The notes below the pieces were generated by a model. The model was given only the letters and a program-made list of their open reading frames with translations. It was not told the DNA's origin and did no database searches. Position numbers and translations under genes: made by a program. From Spirochaetia bacterium (GTDB taxonomy: Bacteria; Spirochaetota; Spirochaetia; CAKZLE01), in NCBI GenBank assembly GCA_963677595.1, contig OY782041.1, positions 3,392,001 through 3,456,000 on the forward strand: DNA of 64,000 bases, given 5' to 3'. Positions 48,140 to 56,258 of the stretch are shown piece by piece. The first letter of the stretch is position 1, and the number at the start of each line of letters is the position of its first letter.

Positions 48140-48898
48140 ATGTCTGATTGTACGTATGATCTGTCCGGGAAACGCTGCCTGGTCACAGGGGCTTCCAGGG
48201 GGCTCGGGGAAGAGGTCGCCAGGCTGCTGATCGCAGCCGGGGCCAGTGTCGCCCTCACTGATATAGACATCAGCGGGGCCGAGAAGATTGCGAAGGAGCT
48301 CGACCCAGGGGCCGAGAGGACCCTCTGCCTTGCGCTGGATGTCTCGAAGGAGGAGCAGGTGAGCTCTGTCGTCAAGGCAGTCGCTGAGTCCTACGGGGGA
48401 CTCGATGTCCTGGTCAATGTGGCGGGAATCCTCAAGCATCTGCCTATTGACGAGATGAGCCTGCAGGACTTCCAGAGTATCCTCGACGTGAACCTCACCG
48501 GCATCTTCCTGATGTGCCGGGAGTCAGTCCGGGTCATGAAGAGGCAGGGAAGGGGTAAGATCGTTAACATCGCCTCCCTCGGCGGGGTGACGGGACGACC
48601 CGGGGTCGGGGTGAACTATGCCGCCTCCAAGTCGGGCGTCATCGGCATGTCCCAGTGCCTGGCACGGGAAGTGGGTAAGTACGGGATCTATGTGAACACG
48701 ATCAATCCCGGGCCCATCCTGACAGAACTGACCAAGGTGTACCCGGAAGAGGTCTTCGCAAAATGGAATGCTGGCAGGGCTGTCGAGAAGAACGGCCTGC
48801 CGGAGGATATAGCAAATGCGGTCCTGTTCCTTGCCTCTGACCAGTCTGACTGGGTCACCGGCGTGTCGTTGAACGTCAACGGCGGAATATTCATGTAA
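48140..48898 (+). CDS. Short-chain dehydrogenase/reductase
   Basis: TGASRGLG, VNVAG and YAASK catalytic motif. Confidence 0.92.
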   Translation: MSDCTYDLSGKRCLVTGASRGLGEEVARLLIAAGASVALTDIDISGAEKIAKELDPGAERTLCLALDVSKEEQVSSVVKAVAESYGGLDVLVNVAGILKHLPIDEMSLQDFQSILDVNLTGIFLMCRESVRVMKRQGRGKIVNIASLGGVTGRPGVGVNYAASKSGVIGMSQCLAREVGKYGIYVNTINPGPILTELTKVYPEEVFAKWNAGRAVEKNGLPEDIANAVLFLASDQSDWVTGVSLNVNGGIFM

Positions 48899-48920
48899 TT
48901 ACACACAGGAGGTTTCATAT

Positions 48921-49286
48921 ATGGCAAAGACTATAGCAGTCAATATCAAGGACGTGACGCCGGTGAAGCGTGAACCGGCCCGTACGTCATGGACGCTCGT
49001 ATCGGAGAAGACCGTCGGGGCACAGAACCTGGCGGTTGGGGTGAATGAGACCCCTGCCGGGAGCCAGGTCCCTGAGCACGAGCATAACGTGGAAGAGGAG
49101 GTCATGTTCTTCGTCGCTGGTCGCGGCCTCTTCGTCACGGAAGACCAGGAGATTCCCCTCGAACCTGGCGTCTGTGTCTACAACCCGCCGGGCGGGAAGC
49201 ACAAGATCCTCAATACCGGGGATGAGGTCCTGAGGTTCATCTGGATCTACTCGCCGCAGCTGCCCAGCCACAGGGTAGAGAAATAA
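48921..49286 (+). CDS. Cupin domain protein (metal-binding)
   Basis: PEHEH..EE.M..G.G and P.G..H cupin motifs. Confidence 0.88.
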   Translation: MAKTIAVNIKDVTPVKREPARTSWTLVSEKTVGAQNLAVGVNETPAGSQVPEHEHNVEEEVMFFVAGRGLFVTEDQEIPLEPGVCVYNPPGGKHKILNTGDEVLRFIWIYSPQLPSHRVEK

Positions 49287-49303
49287 TCAGGGAGGAGAAG
49301 ACC

Positions 49304-50272
49304 ATGTCAGATTGGAAATTCCCGCCGAAAGGCGGACATGCAGAGAGTCCTACGAAATTGTATTACCATACCATGACGAAGAGGGAGCTGGAAGAGCGCC
49401 TGAAGGTGAACGATATCATCCTGATCCCCTTTGGTTCTACCGAGAACCATGGAGACTCGCAACCGATGGGAGAGGACGGGTTCATCGCTACCAGGACCTG
49501 CGAGATGATCGCGGAACGGACCGGCTGTACGATAGCTCCTCCTATCTGGTATGCATCGCATCCGTTCTCCCATCTGGGACAGCGGTTCACCGTCCCGGTC
49601 TCGGACCAGGTCAACTCCGACTATGTCAGGGCGATCATATCGGGGTTCTGGAATGCGGGTTTCCGGAAACAGATCCTGATCAGCAGCCACGGGCAGGAGT
49701 ATATCATCCCGTCAGCCATGCAGGAGTGGGCTAAGAAGTACCAGGTACCGGCCATGCTCTTCTTCATCGATGTGTGGAAGACTGCCGGAACGGCCATGAT
49801 GGACCAGGCTCACGGGGGACCGTTCGAGACGCCGTTCCGTCATGGCGATGAGGCTGAGAACTCAGTCTGCCTCGCGCTCTTCCCTGAACTCGTGCAGATG
49901 GAGCATGCCGTGGACACGAAGACCTGGGGGTTCCTCCCCGAGGGCCATGTCGACAAGGGCGGCGACATCTACGGGCTCCCCCTTGCCGGGCAGAACCAGG
50001 TTGGAGCCGGCGGTGTAGAGTTCGCCATCTATCCCGAGGGCGTGTTGGGCAAGCCATCCCTTGCCAAGGCAGAGAAAGCCTACCAGGCGATCTCGAACTA
50101 CATGGACTATGTGGTGAAGCTCCATGACGATGTCCTGGAACGGTTCCCTGCTGGGGTGTTGCCTGAGATGAAGTATGTGACCCAGCGGGACAAGGAGGAG
50201 ATCGAGGCCCTGCTGAAGGGACCGAACGAGGAAGGCGGCAAGCATATCTGGACCGTCGCCTGGCCGTCCTGA
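49304..50272 (+). CDS. iolN: Creatininase-family hydrolase, IolN (3-dehydro-scyllo-inosose hydrolase)-like
   Basis: GSTENHG..GED, GFWNAGFRKQI..HGQE, GGPFETPF.H.DE.E, FLPEGH.DK and PEGV.GK match the Thermotoga IolN pattern as recalled. Confidence 0.8.
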   Translation: MSDWKFPPKGGHAESPTKLYYHTMTKRELEERLKVNDIILIPFGSTENHGDSQPMGEDGFIATRTCEMIAERTGCTIAPPIWYASHPFSHLGQRFTVPVSDQVNSDYVRAIISGFWNAGFRKQILISSHGQEYIIPSAMQEWAKKYQVPAMLFFIDVWKTAGTAMMDQAHGGPFETPFRHGDEAENSVCLALFPELVQMEHAVDTKTWGFLPEGHVDKGGDIYGLPLAGQNQVGAGGVEFAIYPEGVLGKPSLAKAEKAYQAISNYMDYVVKLHDDVLERFPAGVLPEMKYVTQRDKEEIEALLKGPNEEGGKHIWTVAWPS

Positions 50273-50289
50273 TAGGAAGATCCGGCAGT

Positions 50290-50313
50290 CAGTGAGCCGG
50301 TACCGGCTCACTG
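50290..50313. repeat. Perfect 24-bp intergenic palindrome
   Basis: CAGTGAGCCGGTACCGGCTCACTG. Confidence 0.85.
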
Positions 50314-50347
50314 GCCAGTCTTTTCGATTGATACAATGGTTGGACAA

Positions 50348-51379
50348 ATGAAAGCGATAGTAAAACCCAATGCCGAACCCGGCGTGTTCGAAGTAAGAGA
50401 TGTCCCGATACCGAAAGTCACCGATAACCATATCCTCGTCAAGGTGAAGGCTACCGGTCTCTGCTATACGGATGTATCCATCCTCAACGGGACCTATAAA
50501 GGAAGGAAACCGGTTCCTTATCCCCTCATCATGGGCCATGAGGGATCTGGTGTGGTGGCTGAAGTAGGGAAGGGTGCAGGCCACTTCGACCCGGGTGACC
50601 GGGTCGCCTTCGAAGCCCTGAGCGGCTGCGGCACCTGCATCAACTGCCGGAAGGGCGACAAGAACATGTGCCGCAACTGGGACCATATCGGGATCACCTA
50701 CGATGGGACCTTCGCAGAGTATATCCTGCTCCCTGCTGAACTCGTGCATCCTCTGGCCGATTCCGTCTCCTTTGCAGATGCGGCCGTGATGGAGCCGTTG
50801 AGCCTGGTGGTGCGGTCGATCAGCCATGTGCTTCCGCAGATCGGGGAGACAGCGACCATCATCGGTCCCGGATCGGTAGGATTACTGCACCTGCAGGCAC
50901 TCAAAGCCGCAGGCTGCGGCAAGATCATCGTCATCGGCCTCGATATCGACAGCCATCGCTTCGAGCTTGCCAAGAAGCTCGGCGCGACCCATATCGTGAA
51001 TGTGAGTCACGAGGACCCCGTCGAGTCTGTCATGGAGATCACCGACGGCTGGGGTACCGACATCCTCATCGAGACTGCAAGCTCCCCGAAGGTCTGGGAC
51101 TACATGGTTGAACTCCTGGCCCCGAAGGGGAGGATCTCGACCTTCGGGCTCTACCCGCAGTCGAACTTCGAGCCGCTGCAGCTGATACGGAGGGGCGTGA
51201 CCCTCTATGGGGATGTGGCATTCCTGCAGAAGCACTTCCTCCAGGGGCTCAACTGGCTCGAGACGGGAAAGGTCTCTGGGGAGGCACTCATCACCAAACG
51301 GTACTCGCTTGATGATGCGGCACAGGCATTCGAGGACTTCAGGGCAAAAGAGACGGTGAAATGTCTCTTTGAGCTGTAG
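50348..51379 (+). CDS. Zn-dependent (MDR) cyclitol/polyol dehydrogenase
   Basis: GLCYTD, GHE, CGTCINC..C and GPGSVG. Start at 50336 or 50348. Confidence 0.9.
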   Translation: MKAIVKPNAEPGVFEVRDVPIPKVTDNHILVKVKATGLCYTDVSILNGTYKGRKPVPYPLIMGHEGSGVVAEVGKGAGHFDPGDRVAFEALSGCGTCINCRKGDKNMCRNWDHIGITYDGTFAEYILLPAELVHPLADSVSFADAAVMEPLSLVVRSISHVLPQIGETATIIGPGSVGLLHLQALKAAGCGKIIVIGLDIDSHRFELAKKLGATHIVNVSHEDPVESVMEITDGWGTDILIETASSPKVWDYMVELLAPKGRISTFGLYPQSNFEPLQLIRRGVTLYGDVAFLQKHFLQGLNWLETGKVSGEALITKRYSLDDAAQAFEDFRAKETVKCLFEL

Positions 51380-51394
51380 AGAGTAGGGGAAGGT

Positions 51395-52534
51395 ATGCTG
51401 AAGAGGGACGAGCTGTTCGACAACGAGCTGCTGGGTCAGCTCCTTGAGGAGGGAAATATCGATCTCCTCCTCGTCTCCTCACGGCATAACGTCCGCTACC
51501 TGACGGGGGGGTACTTCTTCCCCCTCTTCGTCTGGGACACCAATACCCGGGGGACGCAGTACCTGCCGTTCATCGGGATCCCGCAAGGGAGGACTGACGA
51601 GTCGTTCTTCATCGGCAGACCCTGGGAGAAGGGAGTCCTGGAGGATGCGGGGGTCTGGATCTCTGACTGTCAGGAGACCCCGACACTCGGGATCGAACCT
51701 GCGGTGGAACTGCTTGCTGAGACAGTCACGACACGCGGGTTCGCTTTAGCATGCATCGGGGTCGAGATGACGGTCCTCCCTGCGGAGGCCTACCTCCTCC
51801 TCAAGAGACTCCTCCCGCATGCACAGTTCGTGGACTGCACCCCGGTCATGGACAGCCTGCGGGCTGTCAAGCACGAGCGGGAGATCGACATCATCCGGCG
51901 CGGGACGCTCAAGAACCTCACTACCGTGAATGATGTACTCACCTCCGTGGTCCCAGGGATGACCACCAAGGAGGTGGCTGATGCCGTAGCTCAGGGCTAC
52001 CGGGAGAAGGCCATCCACTTCCTCTATGCACTCGTCTGTGCAGGCCCCTCGTTCTACCGGGCGGCCTCCGAGCATATACAGCTGAAAGAGGGACATATCC
52101 TCCAGATCGATACGGGGGCCTTGGAAGAGGGGTATACCGTCGAGACCTGTCGGACCGGACATCTGGGAGAGCCTACGGAAGAGGCACAAACCATGCTCGG
52201 GCTCTGCAGGGAGCTCGAACACCACATGCTGCCTTGGTTCACCCCCGGTATGATGGCCTCTGCCATCCAGCAGGAGGCTGACAGGTTCCTGGGAGAACGG
52301 GCTTCCCCATTCAGGGGGAACTTCATCGCCCACGGTATCGGCATGATCCATCATGAGAAGCCCGTGATCAATGCGACTTCCAACGAACGCCTGCAGGAAG
52401 GCATGGTCCTCTCCCTGGAGATGGAGCATTTCTCCAAGTCTACCGGGCACGTGAAGATCGAGGACATGGTCGTGATCAGGGGTGACGGGGTGGAGATCCT
52501 GAGCCCAGGCGGCAAGAGATGGAACCATGGATAA
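51395..52534 (+). CDS. M24 (Xaa-Pro peptidase/creatinase fold) metallohydrolase
   Basis: NVRYLTG, LRAVK..E, ID.G...GY..E..RT, HGIG..HE.P, LE and IED. Confidence 0.82.
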   Translation: MLKRDELFDNELLGQLLEEGNIDLLLVSSRHNVRYLTGGYFFPLFVWDTNTRGTQYLPFIGIPQGRTDESFFIGRPWEKGVLEDAGVWISDCQETPTLGIEPAVELLAETVTTRGFALACIGVEMTVLPAEAYLLLKRLLPHAQFVDCTPVMDSLRAVKHEREIDIIRRGTLKNLTTVNDVLTSVVPGMTTKEVADAVAQGYREKAIHFLYALVCAGPSFYRAASEHIQLKEGHILQIDTGALEEGYTVETCRTGHLGEPTEEAQTMLGLCRELEHHMLPWFTPGMMASAIQQEADRFLGERASPFRGNFIAHGIGMIHHEKPVINATSNERLQEGMVLSLEMEHFSKSTGHVKIEDMVVIRGDGVEILSPGGKRWNHG

Positions 52535-52760
52535 GGGGACTGGTATCACGATAGAGCTCAAGGCCCCGATGAACAAACAGGTACGATCCGGTACCTATAC
52601 TGCAGCTGAAGGCAGTACGGTAAGCGGATTCTTGAGCTCTCTTGGTATCGGTGATTTGTTAGATTACCTGGTCCTGATTAACGGCAGGCCGGCTGAAGGA
52701 TCATCAACCCTCAAGGACGGGGACGAGCTGCAGCTCCTGCTGCTGCTCAGCGGCGGGTAA
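52527..52760 (+). CDS. moaD: MoaD/ThiS sulfur carrier
   Basis: 77 aa, ING..LKDGD..LSGG C-terminal diglycine. Co-operonic with the AOR. Confidence 0.85.
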   Translation: MDKGTGITIELKAPMNKQVRSGTYTAAEGSTVSGFLSSLGIGDLLDYLVLINGRPAEGSSTLKDGDELQLLLLLSGG

Positions 52761-52766
52761 GGTCTG

Positions 52767-53423
52767 TCACCAGAGCCTGTTCACGAACTTGCTTGCCTGG
52801 GTGAGGTGCTGCACCATCTTCTCGGAAGCCTGCTGCTGGTCCCCTGAAAGGATCGCATTGAGCAGTTCAAGGTGTTCTCTCAAGACATCGTGGTAGCGTC
52901 TCTTCGTGAATCGTTCGCCGATGAAGTTGCGGATACGCAGGGTCCGGTCCATGAGCTGGCTGTATATCTTGTTCAGGGACTCGTTCTCCAGGGAACTGAC
53001 GATCGCCATATGGGTGGTCTCTCGGGTACCCCACTCGATGGACTGCTCATCAAGGTCCTCGGAGGTGGCAAGCATCACCTGCAGTTCATCACGCAGTGCC
53101 TGCAGTTCCTCATTCCCGCCTCTCGCAGCAGCCCTGGCCGCTACGCTGGACTCGATGATCTCCCTGATCTCGTAGATATCACGGATCTCGTTCTGCGTGA
53201 TGTTGGAGATGATGGAACCGCGTCCCGGGAAGTTCTCGACGAAGCCGTTCTGTTCCAGTTCACGAAGTGCTTCCCTGATGGGGGTCTTGCTCACACCCAG
53301 GTTCTCGGCCAGGATGGCTTCGTTGATGGGCATCCCGGGCTTGAGCTCATTGCTGATGATCTTCTGCTTCAGGGTCTCATAGACTTGTATCTTCTTGTTC
53401 TTCGTCTTATTATAGATATCCAA
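52767..53423 (-). CDS. GntR/FCD family transcriptional regulator
   Basis: LKPG..INE..LAE.LGVSKTPIREAL..L...G.V...PGRG plus an FCD-type C-terminus. TTG 53423 is the likely start. Confidence 0.9.
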   Translation of the reverse strand: MDIYNKTKNKKIQVYETLKQKIISNELKPGMPINEAILAENLGVSKTPIREALRELEQNGFVENFPGRGSIISNITQNEIRDIYEIREIIESSVAARAAARGGNEELQALRDELQVMLATSEDLDEQSIEWGTRETTHMAIVSSLENESLNKIYSQLMDRTLRIRNFIGERFTKRRYHDVLREHLELLNAILSGDQQQASEKMVQHLTQASKFVNRLW

Positions 53424-53663
53424 TTCAGCAACCTTGGCAATAAAAAATAATGAAAAAATAATCGTATTATTATTATATCCTGTTAATGGTGAGACGTCTA
53501 TTACTGTTTTACTCTTTTTTGTGGAAACTTCCTGTAACTGGTAGCATGGAAAAGTTTTAGTTGATACCAATGGTTGGTACTCTGCTGGAGAAGCATAGAT
53601 GAGCCCTCCAGGATCTGTTGTCCCGGAGGGCTGTAGAGTTTGGATCATTCAGGTAGATGCCTG

Positions 53664-54914
53664 TCAGCCGTCAAGCCCAAGGCTGACTCTCACGGAGAGT
53701 GCATCGATCGGCCTGTCGCCGATGTTGAGGCCGTACTCCCTCCAGTAGTAGCTTGCATCCACATGGAAGATGAGCAGGTCAGCCCCGACCCCTGCTGAGA
53801 GGTAGCCCTTGTTCATGCCGGCCCTTACATCGAGGAGGGAGAGCAGCTTCACCTCAGCACCTGCTGAGAGGTGCTTCCAGAGGGCATTGGGGTCACTCTC
53901 ATAGGTCTCTGCCAGTCCCAGCACGTCATCCAATCCGACTGCGATCCTCGGGTTGAGTATGGATGCGAGGCCGCCCCTGACAGGTGCCCAGCCAAGGCCG
54001 AGGTCCACACTCCAGGGGACTGCCGCGGTGAACGTCGAACTCGTCGCTGCCTCGTCGGTATCGATATAGACCGCGTCTGTCCCGGCAAGGGCTGCCAGTT
54101 CGTTCAGCCATGCGCCAGCCTCGCTGTAGCGGGTGATCGTGTAATCCCCGTTGAGGTTGCGCAGGACACCGCTGAGCCGAAGCCCGACAGGTCCGTTCAC
54201 GTTGACCCCGACATCGATAGGAAGCGCGTAGCCTGCTGCCAGTTCGTAGTTCGCGAGCAGGTCACTGGTGATGTCTTCTGACCCGCTCATGACGGTGGTG
54301 AGGATGCCTGAAGCGCCGATGGAATCAGAATAGGCTGTATAGGTCGGCCGTGCCGTGACGCCGGCATCGATCGAGAGAAGATTGTCTACCAGGGGCAGCG
54401 AGAACCCGATACCAAGGGCCGCGGAAGCGTTGAGCTCAGCGACCAGGTTGAGGCCGGCTCCCGTCCCGACGGTGTGCAGCTTCTCCTGCAGGTTGACGCC
54501 GAAACCGAAGCCGCCGCCGGCAAAGCCGACAGAGAGATCCGTGGTCAGCAGTTCACCGCGGGATGCGGTGATGGTATCGAGGAAACTGAGGGCGACCGTC
54601 TCATCGACGGTCCCCGCGAGCACCTCCTCGATCAGCCCGGAGTCCACGATGTTCTTGACATTGTAGGCAGTGAGCGTGAGGCTCGGGAGGTAGAGAGAGA
54701 AGGGCTGCCCGGCAAGATTCGCCGGATTCTCATAGAGTGAGTCTAGGCCTGTGGAGGAGGAGACTCCAGCCCCTCCCATGGCCTCGACACGGGCGCTTGT
54801 GGGTGAGAATGAGGTCCCTGAGTAGAACGGTTCAGGGAAGTCCGACTCTGCAGCAAGGTTGAATGCAGAGATGCCAATAAAACTTATAAGCAGCAGTATG
54901 GTAATTCTTTTCAT
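53664..54914 (-). CDS. Putative outer-membrane beta-barrel (TraF/FadL-like N-terminus)
   Basis: Signal peptide, SAR.EAMGGAG...LY.NPA.L motif and amphipathic strands (LDVRAG..GYLSAGVG.DL). Confidence 0.65.
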   Translation of the reverse strand: MKRITILLLISFIGISAFNLAAESDFPEPFYSGTSFSPTSARVEAMGGAGVSSSTGLDSLYENPANLAGQPFSLYLPSLTLTAYNVKNIVDSGLIEEVLAGTVDETVALSFLDTITASRGELLTTDLSVGFAGGGFGFGVNLQEKLHTVGTGAGLNLVAELNASAALGIGFSLPLVDNLLSIDAGVTARPTYTAYSDSIGASGILTTVMSGSEDITSDLLANYELAAGYALPIDVGVNVNGPVGLRLSGVLRNLNGDYTITRYSEAGAWLNELAALAGTDAVYIDTDEAATSSTFTAAVPWSVDLGLGWAPVRGGLASILNPRIAVGLDDVLGLAETYESDPNALWKHLSAGAEVKLLSLLDVRAGMNKGYLSAGVGADLLIFHVDASYYWREYGLNIGDRPIDALSVRVSLGLDG

Positions 54915-56023
54915 GATTCTTCCTCCGGCAGGTTAAGTTCAAGCTCTACAAGATATGTCTGGAGCATATCGGTGATGAAGTAGTTGTTCGGAACAAAGTT
55001 GGAAATGAAGACAAGCAGCTCTGCATAGGTCCCCGTTGCAGGGAGTGTGTTCAAGCCATCTGATACCTGGAAAGTGACTTCCCTCCTGAACGAGGTCTTG
55101 AGGTTCTCCATGATGGGAGTCAGGTACTCTGTGCTTAAAGTATCCCAGTCTGGATCTGAGGACTCTATCGTATTCAAGGCTTCATATAAAAGTTCTCCCA
55201 TGGTGAATGAAGCGCCGGTCATGATGGCATCCCGGTCACTGACGATGATGTTGAAGGCCGCCAATAAGATGTCATTCAGAGACATTTCAAGATTTTCGAA
55301 AGAGGTCGTAGCCAGTTTTGTGTACACCTCAAGAAGCAGCTCTGAGTTGGCATCAAATGCCGCAAGTTCCTCTTCGCTGATGACTGAATCACCGTTTGTG
55401 TTGAGACCGTCAACCAATTTGCTCAGCTCACTGGCAGCGATTGATATATACTGCTCGAACCCGCTAGTCGAGACTTCCCGTGAAGCTGGACCTGATCGTT
55501 CAATATCTGCGCCTCCAAAGGGGGACATCGCGATCAGGAAGTCATAGAGGGTCTCGGCCTGCTGCTGCAGGATTTCCTCCTCCTCTGCGGTGAGGGTCTG
55601 TCCCTCTGCTTCGATCAGGTCAGTAATGAGGATAGCCGCGATCAGGTCTCCCTGGTTCTTGATCTCGATCCCGAGATCGTTCATCTTCGTCCCGACATTC
55701 TGCGGTACCTGTTCAGGGGAGACGGGTACACTCCGGAAGGTCTCTACCGCATTGGCGGTCTCGCCCTCGCTCTCGAGCAGTAAGCTCACGGAACCCCGTA
55801 TCTCAGCCACCTGATCCTCTGTCGTGGGATTATCGCTGCTGGTCCCTTCAAGGGAGCTGCTTATTGCCTCGGTGTTCTGTGTCACCGGTGTGACAAAGCC
55901 CTGGTCGACCAGTACGTTCCCCCCGAACTGTCCCAGCACGGAACTGATGTCGGTCAGCTCACACGAGCCGAGCAGCAGTATCACGACGAGGGCAGCGGGT
56001 ATCAGTCTGTATAGTTTCTTCAT
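54911..56023 (-). CDS. Acidic lipoprotein, unknown function
   Basis: MKK..LLLGSC lipobox. ATGA overlap with the barrel gene. Confidence 0.75.
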   Translation of the reverse strand: MKKLYRLIPAALVVILLLGSCELTDISSVLGQFGGNVLVDQGFVTPVTQNTEAISSSLEGTSSDNPTTEDQVAEIRGSVSLLLESEGETANAVETFRSVPVSPEQVPQNVGTKMNDLGIEIKNQGDLIAAILITDLIEAEGQTLTAEEEEILQQQAETLYDFLIAMSPFGGADIERSGPASREVSTSGFEQYISIAASELSKLVDGLNTNGDSVISEEELAAFDANSELLLEVYTKLATTSFENLEMSLNDILLAAFNIIVSDRDAIMTGASFTMGELLYEALNTIESSDPDWDTLSTEYLTPIMENLKTSFRREVTFQVSDGLNTLPATGTYAELLVFISNFVPNNYFITDMLQTYLVELELNLPEEES

Positions 56024-56258
56024 ACCATTCCTCCATAGCTATGAAATCTGCACGTCGTAGTAAATCTACAAGTATTCTCTATGCACTTATACAATGAATA
56101 TAATAAAGTTCATAGAAGTTGTGAACTATAAAGTTATTTTTCTTTACCAGGGGGTAGACAGCCCCTCTATGCAGCAGGGGAGGTTGAGAAAGAGAGAGAT
56201 GACTAATCCACTGATTGCATGTCAGTCAGAGGAATTCATAGGGTATGAGGCTGAGCAC

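Noticed and set aside
53424-53648. Long N-terminal extension of GntR in the ORF track
   Set aside because: It runs through an AT-rich promoter-like region (TATAAT on the minus strand). The HTH begins right after TTG 53423.
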